Positions 1 through 11,214 are shown, numbered from the stretch's first letter. The stretch is DNA of 64,000 bases from Diplonema japonicum (GCA_964019335.1 OZ025686.1:62001-126000); one strand, 5' to 3'. Numbers and translations are program-made. The notes: generated by a model not told the origin, from the sequence alone.

Positions 1-191
1 TTGCTGCACTCCTTCTTCAGCTCTTCAAATTCCATGCGCAGTTTCTTCACAAACTTGTACTCCTCCCTCTCAAGATCTTCCACCTTCGGTGGCCTCTCGA
101 ACTCTTCTTCAAACCTCTTTTTCCATGTCTGTAGCTTTCTCCCCACCTCCCTCTTCTTGCTCTCATCCACCTCCCTCTTCCTTTTATGCAT
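1..191 (-). CDS. 5' part of a gene running off the window; N-terminus resembles the Sld2/RecQ4-type helical motif
   Basis: Manual translation from ATG at 191: MHKRKREVDESKKREVGRKLQTWKKRFEEEFERPPKVEDLEREEYKFVKKLRMEFEELKKECS, open to the edge. The L..W...F.....RPP...D pattern recalls Sld2/RecQL4 N-termini. Confidence 0.6.
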   Translation of the reverse strand, partial: MHKRKREVDESKKREVGRKLQTWKKRFEEEFERPPKVEDLEREEYKFVKKLRMEFEELKKECS

Positions 192-433
192 GTTTCCTAT
201 CCTTGCTTGTTGAACATGCGGTTCACATGTACGACAAAATAAAATGCCCGATATACAAACCACACCGTGTCAGGCATGCAGGTGCACCTGCGGTGTCACT
301 CATAACTATACTATTCCAGCAAGGGAAGGTCACCACTGCCGTGTCGTATGTACTGAAAGGAGGGTGTAGTTGTTTTCACAACACGGTAAGGGGGGGGGGA
401 TCTTTTTGAAAAAAAAGTGATCCGAATCGTCGA

Positions 434-1472
434 TCAAGGGGAGTAGATGTATGTAGGCTGTGTGTTGCTGTTTTGTTGAACGGGTGCTGCATACCTTTCC
501 GTGTATGTTTCTTAGCTTTTTGTGGAAGTGCGTGTGCCCGGTGTGTTTGGAGGGCTGCTTCCTCGGAAGCTTCGCAGCAGGGCAGTGTGCAATCTCTGGT
601 TTCACGAAGGCAATCTGCTTGGTGGAGAGGAAGTCTCTGTCCTCGGGGAGGATTGAGATTTGCCTTGTGCCAACACGGTGAGCAGGGGTCCCCCCTGAGG
701 GTCTTGTGAACATGCTGTTGTATGTGCTGTTGGAGTCGAATCTTGTTGCAGGCAGGACACGTGTCGGGGGCTTGATCGGCGTTCTTCTGTCGCCCTCCTC
801 CCCAAGGTAGGCGACCTGCGACGTAGTAAGGTGCTCGAAAGCTATTTTGGGCGGCAATCGATTCTTTTGCCTGACTCTGGTGGACTGCGATAGTTCTTTC
901 GGTCCGTGTTCGGACTGATAAGTGCTCTTTGCAGTAAACCTCGACCTGACAGGCGGTGCGGACTGCGGCCTACGGTGCCTTGCAGGCACATCATGCGGCA
1001 CATACGCACAAGAGTTGGTTGTTGCAAAGTGGTTAGGATCAAAAGTACCTTGATTCAGTTGAGAATTCCTTGGCTTGACGTACTTCCCCTGCGGATCATG
1101 CCACGGGTAGTCTCTCTGGTAAGCCGTCTGGATGTCCCCATAGCGCGACATTGTCGTGTGCAGCTTGCAGTTATGCTTCCCGCAGTCGCAGATCTCGCAA
1201 ATGCAGTCCAGCTTATGCCCACTTGCAACACTTATATAACTCAGCCCGCTTGACATCTCACTGTTCTGGTACATGTCCCCCGTCCTTACACTTAATGCGT
1301 CGTCGGCTTCCCCATTGTCCTCCGACTCGATGCTCATGCTGGGGCGTGCCCACTGCGTCACCCCCGTCATCGTGTTGCGGAAGTAGGTCTTTCCGTTTTG
1401 CTTAGAGACATCAGACTCCCAGCCAGGAGGCAACGATACATCTTTAGGTCGGATCCGACCTGTGAGCGTCAT
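434..1472 (-). CDS. SAXO: WW domain + SAXO/FAM154-like microtubule-stabilising protein (intron 458-494)
   Basis: WW: LPPGWESDVSKQNGKTYFRNTMTGVTQWARP. SAXO-type CICEICDCGKHNC motif and repeated T.YQ..Y/F (Mn-like) motifs. A 37-nt GTATG..ACACAG intron gives the end HGK|PTYIYSP*. Confidence 0.8.
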
Positions 1473-1481
1473 TTTCCCTGT

Positions 1482-2247
1482 TTACCTGTATACTTGTAAA
1501 GTGGAGCTTGGTGTGAAAGGAATACAGTGTGATGACGAAGTCCTCGTCGGCAGCGACGTACCACATGTGCACTTTGTAGTCGGCGTAACCTTCGCCCCAT
1601 TGCACGTTGCGTACGGAGTACGCGCCTGAGCGTGGTGGGTAGCGCTTTGAGTCGACTGCGCGGAGCTGCTCGTAGAACATGAGGTCGGTGCCCTCAAGAG
1701 TGTGCTCGTTGTAGTACCGCATGGGGTGCTGCTTTTCCTCTTTCTTCACAAGTGTTGCGTCGCTCAGTTGTGCATCAGTCAGCTCGATATACGGCCCATG
1801 GTCACCGTAGACGACTCGTGAGTATCCTGACAGCGACACAGGCCTGCCCTGGTGGTGTATCTTCACCTCTGTGCTGCCTTGCTCGATCAGCAGTGGGTAC
1901 CTGGCCTCAACCCTCTTTTTGTCCACAGCTCTGTTGTCTGTCAAACACGTCGTTTCACGCTTTGTCCGCATTGCGTGGATGCACTCCCCCCAGCAGCACC
2001 GCATGTCCGCCTGCAGCTTCCACACCTCATAATCGATGTCGATCACTGCAAGCCGCTCTCTTTTCTTCTGTCCTCTTGCCTTCTTCTCCTCCCCCAACGC
2101 CCTTCTTCTTTTATACTCCTCCCCTTCGCACCCTCCCACAGATTCCCAATACCCCGCAAGTGCCTCTACCTCACTTGTGTTCCCGTAGTACTTCACTACA
2201 TCCCTCACATTGTTGCCTTTAGTGTCGTAAATAACATGTGTTGCCAT
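1482..2247 (-). CDS. Hypothetical protein with conserved-looking C-terminal domain (GYSRVVYGDHGPYIE...GYADYK); probable terminal intron 1486-1525
   Basis: 267-aa ORF 1444-2247. A GTATT..TACAG 40-nt intron would end it at FVITL* (TAA 1482-1484); unspliced it runs to 1444. Confidence 0.7.
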
Positions 2248-2517
2248 AACTGCGGTTTTTATTGTTGAAATAAACAGGAGGAAAAAAAAGGGTACAGATA
2301 AGCAAGCAATACGTGTCTAAAAAAAGAAGAGAAAATAAATGTATACAAAGGACACAAAAAACCAGTTGTAAAAACAATGAAAAAAAAATATTTAAAAAAA
2401 TTGCAGAGGCCCATTGGGTAGGGTGCTCAGCCTTTTGACCTTCCTCTGATTTCAGACAAAAGGAGACAGGGATCTTGCCTCCCCATGCAGGTGATAGCAC
2501 AGGGGATACAAAGTAAT

Positions 2518-5500
2518 TTACAAGGCACCCTCTGCATTGTGGCTAGGGAGGTACAGTTCGTTCACAATATGGTCGACAGCCCGCCCTGCACCTAAGGTGT
2601 GCACGCGGTCGCTTCGGTCAGGAGAGTCGAACATGGCACGATGGACAGAGGCGTCAAGAAATGAGCTCTCATGCGTGGCAGGCGACCGCACGCTGAAGGG
2701 CTGCTGGTGTTGCGGGTTCACAGGGGAAGTAAAGGGAGGGGACTGCATAAACGCAGGTAACGGGATACCACTCTGCGGCATTATCTCCTTCTTCTTCGGC
2801 ACCTCGATGGTGCTCATGGCCTTAGTAATCCAGCTCCTCTGCTTCAACTTTGATTCGTGCAGGGTCTGCTTGACAATCTCCTTCGTGAGCTTCCCCTCTC
2901 CACCACCGCTCATCCCCTCAAGCACAATGTCGCTGTCAATGTGCCACTGCTGCCATTTGTCAAGCAACTCCAAGTCCCGTAATTTCTTGTCAGACGCACT
3001 CGCTGTGTCCTGTAGTGGTGTTGATCTTAGCTGCCGACGTGTAAGCTCGCACTCTTCAAGCTTCATGATAGATTCATTGTCCCATCCAGACTGCTTCAGT
3101 ATCCTCCGCTGTTCTTTATCAAGAGAATCAACGAAAGATAAGTAGTCCCTCGTGCTCTTATCCGACACAGGTGGTGGCACTGTCGTGTTCCTCTCCGCCT
3201 GCTTCCCGGTGATGCTGGTGTTCATTTTCTTGTTGATAAGCTGCTCTGCTCTTGCGGCATTCAGATGCTGCGACGCAAGCAACCTCTGTCTGTCTTCCTT
3301 CGAATCTTCCAAACGCTTGCATTCCGCCATCAGCTGCACTTTCTCCCGTTCCACCTGTTCTCTTTTCAGCTGTTCCTGTCGGGCTTTGTCATCAAATGCT
3401 TTTTTCTTTTCCCCTTCTTCTACTATCATCTGCTGCTGTTTCAGCTTTAAAATCTCACTTTCCAAAGCAGCCCTTTCCCTCCCCTGTCGTTCGATCTCCT
3501 CCTCAAAGGACTTGGCTTCTTCTTGCTTAATGCGGTCTTTCTCTTCCGCCCTGGATTTTGCTGCAATCGCTTCCTCTCTTGCTTGCTTTTCCTGAGGGTG
3601 TTGTGAGTGGTCAAAATGCCACATACTTGCATGGCTTTTCTTTCCTCCTGAGCTAAGTCAAGCTCCTTCTCTAACCGAAGCATTTCTTGTTCTTTTTCTT
3701 CCCTCTATGGTAAGTAATTGACATGATGAACGCATACCTTGATTCGCTCGGTCAGAAGCAATTTTTCCTTTTCAAACTTCCATTGCATCTCAGCTAGCTT
3801 TGCCTGTTTGCGTTTCAAGATAGGGACACATGTCATACCTTTTCAGCTGCTTCGTCTTTTGGCTTCTTTTCTTTTTGAACAGGCGCTACTACTTGCTGCG
3901 GCTGCTGCGACTGTTTGAACATGTCCTCCAGCCTCGCCAACTTCTCCGCCTGTGAACATTGCCGCCCCTCTTTCTTCATACCTGCTCCTCGATGAGCTCT
4001 CGCTGCTTTTTCATCATGTTAGTTAGCTCGGCCTTCTCTTTCGTCCACTGAGCTTGAGCCTGTGCCTGTGCCTGTTGAACAGGTTGGGGTAGAGCCGATG
4101 GCACCAAAAAGCTCATTGGTGCAGGGAAGCGTTGCTCTGCTGTAGAGTTCAGAAGTGTTCCTCAAGGAGCATACCTGCAGGCGCCACTGGCCTGAACCCT
4201 TGAGTTGGCTGGATATACATGACGGGCTGCCCAGCAGACTCAGGTATTCCGTATGTCGTGGTAGCTTGAATTGGTGTCACTGCACCTGCTATAGGAGTGC
4301 TTGCGAGCATTTGCGGTGTTTGTGCCAGTGTCATGGGTGAAGGCACATACGCCTGAGGGGTGGTCTCAGGAGGTACAGGGGCTACTGCCTGTGGTGGAGC
4401 AGGTACAACAGCAGGTACTGCAAGGACTTGCGGCACGGCTGGTGCATTCTTAGGTGCTGGCGGTGGTGTTGGTGCTTGTGGTGATGGAGGGGGCGGAGGA
4501 GCTGCCAAAGTACTGGCTGCTGCAAGTTCCTGTGTTAGCGCTTTCGGTGCAGCCTCTGGAACTGGTGCCTGAAGTGCTTCTGAGGAAATCGGTGGTACAG
4601 GAGGAGTTGATTCAGCTTTCGGTGCGGGCGCAGGAGGTGGGGCTTGAGGTGAGGCAGGGCAAGTGGGAGGTCCTGTAGCTTTGGGCGGTGGTGCTTTTTG
4701 AGCAGCAGGAGCTGGTGGTATGGCCGAGGGCGCAGGAGGAGGGGGTGGCACAGCCTCCGGTACTGGCGGCGTAGGGGGTGTGGGAAGAGCCGCCGATGGT
4801 GGTGGTGCAAGAGCTGTAGGTGGGGCTTTCGGAGGGGGTGCCGGAGGGGCTGCTGATGCCTTTGGAGATGTAGGAGCCGGCGGTGGTTTAACTGGAGAAG
4901 GGGCCTTTGGTGCAGCGGGAGGCGGCGGCGCCTTAGGTGAAGCGGGCGGGGCGGGTGGTGGTGCTGCCTTTGGAGAAGCAGGTGCTGGAGGAGCAGGTGC
5001 CGAAGGAGCAGCAGGAGGTACAGTCGTATTGGTAGCCACGGGAGGAGATGGAGCTTTTGGAGCTGCAGGTGGGGGCGGGGCCTTCGGAGAAGCTGGAGGT
5101 GGGGGTGCGGCCTTCGGAGTTGCACGAGCAGGAGGAGCAGCAGGTGGGGGTGGAAGCTTCGGAGAAGCAGGGGGTACAGCAGGCGGGGGGGGTGCGGCCT
5201 TTGGAGCTGCAGGAGGGGGAGGTACGACCTTTGGAGCTGCAGGAGAAGGAGCAGGAGGGGCAACCTTTGGAGCTGCAGGAGGAGGGGCAACAGGTGGGGG
5301 TGGAGCCTTCGGAGAAGCTGGGGGGGCAGGCGGGGGAGGCGCGGCCTTTGGAGCTGCAGGCGGGGGAGGTACGACCTTTGGAGCTGCTGGAGCAGGTGCA
5401 GGAGGGGGCAGTCCCTTTGGAGGTGCCGGACCAGGTGTTCCTGGAGCACCAGGAACCTTCGGAGCAGCAGGGGGGGGTGCTGGGGGACCAGGAACGGACT

Positions 5501-5903
5501 TCGGGGCCGGTGGTGCTGGAGGAGTAGGCGCGGCAGGAGGTGCAGGCGCGGCAGGAGCTGCAGGAGGAGCTGCAGGGGTATTTACATTAGGTGATGCTGC
5601 CCCTAAAGCTTCGCTACTCTTAATATAAATAAAGTGGCCTTGTTCAAGGCCGGCCTCTTTAACTGTCATGTCCAGCTTCAACAACGCACCCAGATTGAGC
5701 TGGGTCGTGCCACCCCATTTGGCTGCAGTAGCATCTACAACAGTCCAGTATTCGCTCCCCTCAAGGGACACATTCACTTTCTTTTGAAACTTTACAACGC
5801 ACTTCTCAAGAATGTCTCCCTCTCCAACACTGGCGACTATCTTGTCCTTGGGGACCCATTTCTCAGTGGCGTTCTTCTCGCCAATTATCCGTACAACCAC
5901 CAT
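2518..5903 (-). CDS. Ubiquitin-like N-domain + Pro/Ala-rich repeats + coiled-coil protein; introns 4140-4174, 3804-3838, 3705-3737, 3592-3626
   Basis: Four 33-35-nt GTATG..YAG introns link ORF 4149-5903 to ORF 2518-3624 through intervening coding-like exons. N-terminal LKLDMTVKEAGLEQGHFIYI resembles a UBL C-terminal strand. Confidence 0.8.
4450..5580 (-). repeat. Coding low-complexity PPPPAAPKA-type repeat array
   Basis: Recurrent cctttggagctgcagg units on the + strand encode AAPK between Pro runs. Confidence 0.85.
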
Positions 5904-6262
5904 GTTGCCGCCTGTGGGCCTGTGGGGTTCTCTTCAACACACAACGACAAATAATAAAAACGCCGAACACTACAAAAGCCCAGCAAAAAAAAAAAAAAAT
6001 TGAAAATAAATAGAATAAAAAATGGAGTAAAAATGTGAATAAAAATCAATAAAAATATAAAAAGGGGTAGGAAGGTAAAAATGAAAGGGGGATAAGCAGG
6101 TCGTCGTCGCCTTGCTTAAGATAAAAGTCCATTTGAGTGCCGCAGTTGCGGGCTGTGCTGCCAACAGGATTGCGGCGGACAGGGTTGGGGGAATTAGCTA
6201 TTATTTATGTTAAAAAGTCAATTAAACGTTGAGTAGAAGGCAGAGTGCAATTCGTACGAACT

Positions 6263-7483
6263 CTAGTTCTTGTACTTCATGGTCTCGAGGGAGAACCCGG
6301 GCATGGGCCACTTCTTGGCGAAGGCCTCGACCTCTTCGCGGAGGGTGACGATGTCCTTGGAGGCGTTGAGGGCGGGGAGGAAGTCGGTGAGCTTCTTCCC
6401 GACCTTGCCCTGGAGGGCGAGGCAGATGTTGGCGGCCTTCTCGTAGAAGGCGACGACGGTCTCCATGTCGGCCTCCACCATCCCACGGGTGGTGAGGGCG
6501 CCTGCCCCGATACGGATGCCGCCGGGGTTCAGGGCGGAGGTGTCGGTCGACACCGTGTTCTTGTTCACAGAGATGGACACGAGCTCCAGGGCGCGCTCCA
6601 TCTTCGCCCCGGACAGGCCGAGGGGCTTCAGGTTCCACACCACCAAGTGGTTCTCCGTCCCGTCCGTCGTGAGCTTCCACCCCCTCTTCTTGCAGCTGTC
6701 CGCGAAGGCGACCATGTTCGCCCTCACCTGCTTCGAGTAGGCCTTGAACTCCTCCGTCATCACCTCCAGCATCTGCGTCCCGACAGCCGCGATCTGGTGC
6801 TCGTGGGGACCCCCCTGGAGACCGGGGAAGACCGCCATGTTGATCTTGTCCGTCCAGCCCGTCTGCGACCCATCCTTCCTGTGCGTCTTCCTGAAGAAGA
6901 TCATCCCGGAGCGGGGACCCCTCAGAGACTTGTGCGTCGTCGTCGTCACCACATCCGCCCACTTGAACGGGGACTCCGCCTCCCCGGTCGCCACCAGCCC
7001 GCTGATGTGCGCCATGTCCATCATCAGAAGAGCCCCCACCTCGTCCGCGATCTCCCTGAAGGTCTGGTACGGCCATTCACGGGGGTAGGCAGACCCTCCC
7101 ATGATCAGGATCTTCGGGCGGAACACCTTCGCCATGCGACGAAGCTCGTCCGTGTCCAAGTACCCGTCCTCCTTCACCCTGTAGGGGAGGGACTCGAAGT
7201 AGATCGACGTCGCAGAGATCTTCTTCTTTGCTGTGTAGTACCCGTGCGTCAAGTGCCCACCACTCGGGAGGTCCAGACCCATGATGCGGTCGTGCGGCTG
7301 CAGGAGACCGGTGTACACTGCGAAGTTAGCGGACGACCTGAAGGTTTTTTTTTTTTTTTTTTTCTTTTTTTTTCTTTTTTGGAGGGAGGGAATACCCAGA
7401 GTAGGGCTGCACGTTCACATTCCAGTCATCGGTGTTGCACCCGAAGGCCTGGAGGCACCTGTCCTTGGCCAGCTGCTCAACCT

Positions 7484-7516
<33 letters not shown>

Positions 7517-7849
7517 TTGTTTTTTCTTTTCTTTTTTTTTTCTCTTCTTCTTTTATTATATCTCTTCTTTCCCTCACACCTGGTCGATGATCTCGTTACC
7601 ACCGTAGTACCTGTTCCCCACCTCACCCTCCGAGTACTTGTTCGTGAGGCACGACCCCATGCACTCCATCACGGCGGTCGAGGTCAGGTTCTCAGAGGCA
7701 ATCTGTGTGTTGTGGTGTCTCTTCGTCATTCTTGTCGAACTCCATACCATCTCAAGACCGGCCCACTGCCTCCTCTTCTCCTGCTCGATGAGGTCCCACA
7801 TCTTCTCATCGTGGTCCTTCAGAGGAACGCTGCCCTGGCACTTTGCCAT
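6263..7849 (-). CDS. SHMT: Serine hydroxymethyltransferase; introns 7703-7747, 7482-7579, 7338-7395
   Basis: IASEN, NKYSEG, RYYGG, NVQPYSG|[30 protein letters not shown] (PLP lysine), FPGLQGGPH. Three GT-AG introns restore the frame. Confidence 0.97.
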
Positions 7850-7900
7850 TTTAATATTTTATTTAGCCCTTCCAAGATTGTTCAACTCAATTCCCAGTAT

Positions 7901-8605
7901 ATGAGCTCGTCCGGAAAAAAATGTCAACAAATGACCCTCCTATGCGGCGGGAAACCCCCGTTAAATTTCTAAGTAAAAAAGTAGTCCGGCACCACTTTGT
8001 GTGCAGAAATGCAGTCTAAGCTTGAACACCATATAGGTCAAAATGCTCGCCGTTTGTTTTATTTTTAAAACCAAGAGAATGAAAGTTTGACCCCAAAGAT
8101 ACCAATGTCGAAGCTCTGCATGAGCAGGCAAGTGTTAAGAATTGGTTTTTCTGAAAAAGGCCAAAATCCCTTAGGAACCCCTTGAAAAAGCCAAAAATTA
8201 GGGTGTAAAAAACCGGATTTTTGGGGGCTATGCGGCGCCATTTTTTTTTTTTCGCTAAGTACTTTTAACAGTAACCCGACCCTGGGTTGTACCCAGGGGT
8301 CACAAGTGCGCTTGATCACCAATTTTATGCACCCTAGATGCTGCATGTTAAGCAATAAAATTGCATTTTAAACATTTTTCGCCGTTTTTCTGACCTCTAT
8401 TTTTCGCTTCCCGGGGGCAGCCGGTTGCAAAGCCTGCCACCCTCATGGCAAAACAAGCATCGCAATTGAAAGAACGGCGCCATGTACACCATATATGTCA
8501 TCTTCCTATGGTTGCATGCTGCCCTTTTTTTGCTCAAATAATCAAAACAAGAAATTTTCGGAGGTGCCCAAAAAAGTGTTGACATTTTCGTCCGGACGAG
8601 CTCAT
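7901..8605. mobile_element. MITE-like non-autonomous DNA transposon (705 bp, 29-bp TIRs)
   Basis: Left ATGAGCTCGTCCGGAaaAAAATGTCAACA (7901-7929) versus reverse complement of 8577-8605 ATGAGCTCGTCCGGAcgAAAATGTCAACA (27/29). TTAA lies at 8607-8610 beyond the right end. No transposase ORF. Confidence 0.85.
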
Positions 8606-9097
8606 GTTAAGAAAAAAAAAAACTGCCAACAAAAAAGAAAAGGGTTTTAAACAAAAGGAACGGATACTACTAGACAGGAATGGGGGGTTTACAACACATT
8701 ATTATTCTATTATTTTCTTTCGCCCTGTTTTCAAATTCCGCCCTTGAAAGGGGCGGGTCTTTTTCTCTTGATACTCCAACAGAAAGAAAGAAGAAAAGCA
8801 AAGGGCAAAGAAACAATAATGTCGCGAGTGGGGTGGGGGACGGAACCCGAAGGTAAGTACAAGGCTTGGGGAAAGTTGCTTACGACCCTAGAAATATTCT
8901 TTTTTTAAAGAAAAAAAACAAAAAAAAAAAAAAAAAAGAGAGAAGATACAATACAGTACTAGGAACTAGCAATACCAACAATCCACAGCCGCCCATCGGG
9001 GTCCGGGAGGGGGGAGCAGGGAGGGGACATAAATTACAAAGAGAGGAAAATGATCTAAGTACTCTAGCATATATGACACAGGCTGTTCTTATATTTG

Positions 9098-10105
9098 TCA
9101 CATAAGACGGAGAGCATCAGCATCATCAGTGTAGGGAGTCGACATCCGCCGAACTTTCGAGGAAGCAAGCTCTTCATCCTCATCTTCATCTTCATCTTCA
9201 TCGTAAATGTAGTGCCCAGCGGCTTCTTCTTCTTCTAGCTCTTCTTGCGTAACGATGCGGGAGGATCTCCGACGCTTCTTCTGTGCCTTCTTGCGTTCTC
9301 TTTCCTTTGCAGGATCTCTCTTCCGTCTCTTCTTCCTCTTCTCTTCCTCACCTGCGCACTCTGCATCAGTCGTCGCGCATACGTCCTCCACTTCCTGAAT
9401 AGTCACATGTTTTCGCTTCGGCGATCCCTCCACACACTCCTCCTGCAGCTCTGATTCTGTCATGGTTCCCTCCATTGCGCTGTACACCAACGTGCTCCCA
9501 AGACCTGCTTCGTTGGCTTCGCTGTCTTCTTCCTTCTCGTCTTCCTCGAATGGCGTTCCTGCAACGTCCCACTGCGACTCTTGAGTTTTCTCATTAAAGT
9601 AATAAACACCCTTAGTGCAGTCTACCTTCAGCCAGTCGCCTTTTTCTGCCACCACAACAGGGTCTTCGTCTTCTTCTTCTTCTTCATCAGAAGGGTAGTA
9701 CGTTACGTCCAGCATAGGGAGGTCGTTGAACCCCCTCCTGTGTGCCAGTCTGTGAACGTCGGCTGCTGTGATCGCGTACTTCTCGTCAGGGTAGCCGTTC
9801 AGGATGGACAGCGTGTACCTCTTGAACGACATGCTGGTTGTTGCGAACCACTTGTCGAGGATGATGCCGGGGAACTCCTTCCACACCAACAGAAGGTCGT
9901 ATATAGTTTCGTCATAGCTCCTGTTCTCCTCGAGCAGCTTGCGGAAGATGTCGTCCAGCATCGTGCACACCTCTTCGGGGATTTCACAATCGGTCTCCTC
10001 CTCTTCTTCCTCTTCTTCCAGATCGTACACGCAGTTCGTGTAGCACAGCCGCTCCATGTTCTCATAACTGCACGTGTCCTCCTCGTCTGCCCACTCGGAA
10101 GTCAT
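9098..10105 (-). CDS. Acidic WW-domain protein
   Basis: 335-aa ORF. WW-like GDWLKVDCTKGVYYFNEKTQESQWDV, E/D tracts, basic NLS-like KRKKRRKR. Poly-C + CAG acceptor upstream. Confidence 0.8.
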   Translation of the reverse strand: MTSEWADEEDTCSYENMERLCYTNCVYDLEEEEEEEETDCEIPEEVCTMLDDIFRKLLEENRSYDETIYDLLLVWKEFPGIILDKWFATTSMSFKRYTLSILNGYPDEKYAITAADVHRLAHRRGFNDLPMLDVTYYPSDEEEEEDEDPVVVAEKGDWLKVDCTKGVYYFNEKTQESQWDVAGTPFEEDEKEEDSEANEAGLGSTLVYSAMEGTMTESELQEECVEGSPKRKHVTIQEVEDVCATTDAECAGEEEKRKKRRKRDPAKERERKKAQKKRRRSSRIVTQEELEEEEAAGHYIYDEDEDEDEDEELASSKVRRMSTPYTDDADALRLM

Positions 10106-10145
10106 GCTTGTATGGTAGTCCTGTGGTGTCCATTAGTTTCTCCAG

Positions 10146-10173
10146 CTGGAGGGGGGGGGGGGGGGGGGGGGGG
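10146..10173 (-). promoter_or_regulatory. Poly-C tract + CAG: putative SL trans-splice acceptor
   Basis: Long G run on + reads as poly-C on the sense strand, ending CCCTCCAG about 40 nt before ATG 10105. A similar arrangement occurs at 31178-31227. Confidence 0.55.
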
Positions 10174-10239
10174 AATCAAACAAAAGTTCTGTATCATTGA
10201 GCTTCACAACGCTTAGCGAAAAGCGTTAACTATAAACTA

Positions 10240-11214
10240 TTAAGATGCAACCGGGATGTTACCAAACATTGCGTCCATTGATTCCACCTTCGGCACCGGA
10301 GAAATGACGGGTTCGGGGGTTGCCACACGCGCAGATTCAGGTTCTGCAACAGGAGCAGGTTCAGGGTCTACCACGGGCACAGGTTGCGTAACGGGTGCAG
10401 ATTCTGCATCAGGTGCAACTGGTTCAGGTTCTACAGGTACCGACTGTGTCAAGGGTGCCGTTTCTTGAGAGGCAGCGGGGGGCTGGACCGGATCCATAGA
10501 TACAGTCGTTGTCTCTGATGCAGAAACGGGGACAGGAGTTGATGCTTCTGCTGGGGCCTCTGTAGGTGCAGGTGCTGCCTCAGCCGCATGGGATCTTGGG
10601 GTATGCGGAGAAGCAGGAACAGGGTAGCTGGTACAGCTTGCAGGCGAAGACATGGTTGGCGATGCAGTTTGAATCTGCTCTAACAGTGCTTGCTGCTGCG
10701 CTACATCTACTTTAGAGATGTCGAAGTTGGAAGGCTGTGTGCGAGCTGTTGCCGCGCTGTGGTTCTGATGAACAGCAGCCACCTGGTGCTGTGGATGGAC
10801 GCCAACTTTCGCAGTGCCGCATGCCACACATCTTGGAGCAGCGCCGTTGTTCAAAAGCGTGCATCTGTCACATGCCCACTGCGGGCCTGCATCGCTTCTC
10901 TTGTACCTGTTACCCACATCAACACCTGCGGTGCCAAATTTATACATCCACTTGTCGAAGAGCTCCTGCGTTCTAATCTCTAACTTGATCGGCTGTCTCT
11001 TGAGCTGACTCCCGACCAAGCTGAAGGCAGTGCTACCCTCGTTCTCGAATAACACCTTCGCCCCTCTGAGGTCTATGTCACCTTTGAACACTTCATCCTT
11101 ATAATAGACGAGCATGTGCCCGTACAGTTTGAAGTACCTCTCTTTCCATCCTGGCGTGGCGCCCTTTTTCTTCATTAGCCCTTGGAAGTCAGGTGGTCGT
11201 GCGCCCATGTTCAT
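10240..11214 (-). CDS. PH domain + RanBP2-type zinc finger + Pro-rich tail protein
   Basis: GLMKKKG..GWKERYFKL..LVYYK..GDIDL..W (PH domain); WACDRCTLLN...CVACG (zf-RanBP2). Confidence 0.88.
   Translation of the reverse strand: MNMGARPPDFQGLMKKKGATPGWKERYFKLYGHMLVYYKDEVFKGDIDLRGAKVLFENEGSTAFSLVGSQLKRQPIKLEIRTQELFDKWMYKFGTAGVDVGNRYKRSDAGPQWACDRCTLLNNGAAPRCVACGTAKVGVHPQHQVAAVHQNHSAATARTQPSNFDISKVDVAQQQALLEQIQTASPTMSSPASCTSYPVPASPHTPRSHAAEAAPAPTEAPAEASTPVPVSASETTTVSMDPVQPPAASQETAPLTQSVPVEPEPVAPDAESAPVTQPVPVVDPEPAPVAEPESARVATPEPVISPVPKVESMDAMFGNIPVAS

Noticed and set aside
6245-7972. 575-aa plus-strand ORF (and similar ones at 4720-5628, 16656-17606, 33903-34691, 55852-56502)
   Set aside because: Antisense shadows of GC3-rich genes. 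The 575-aa one runs through poly-T introns as poly-Phe. None has recognisable domains.
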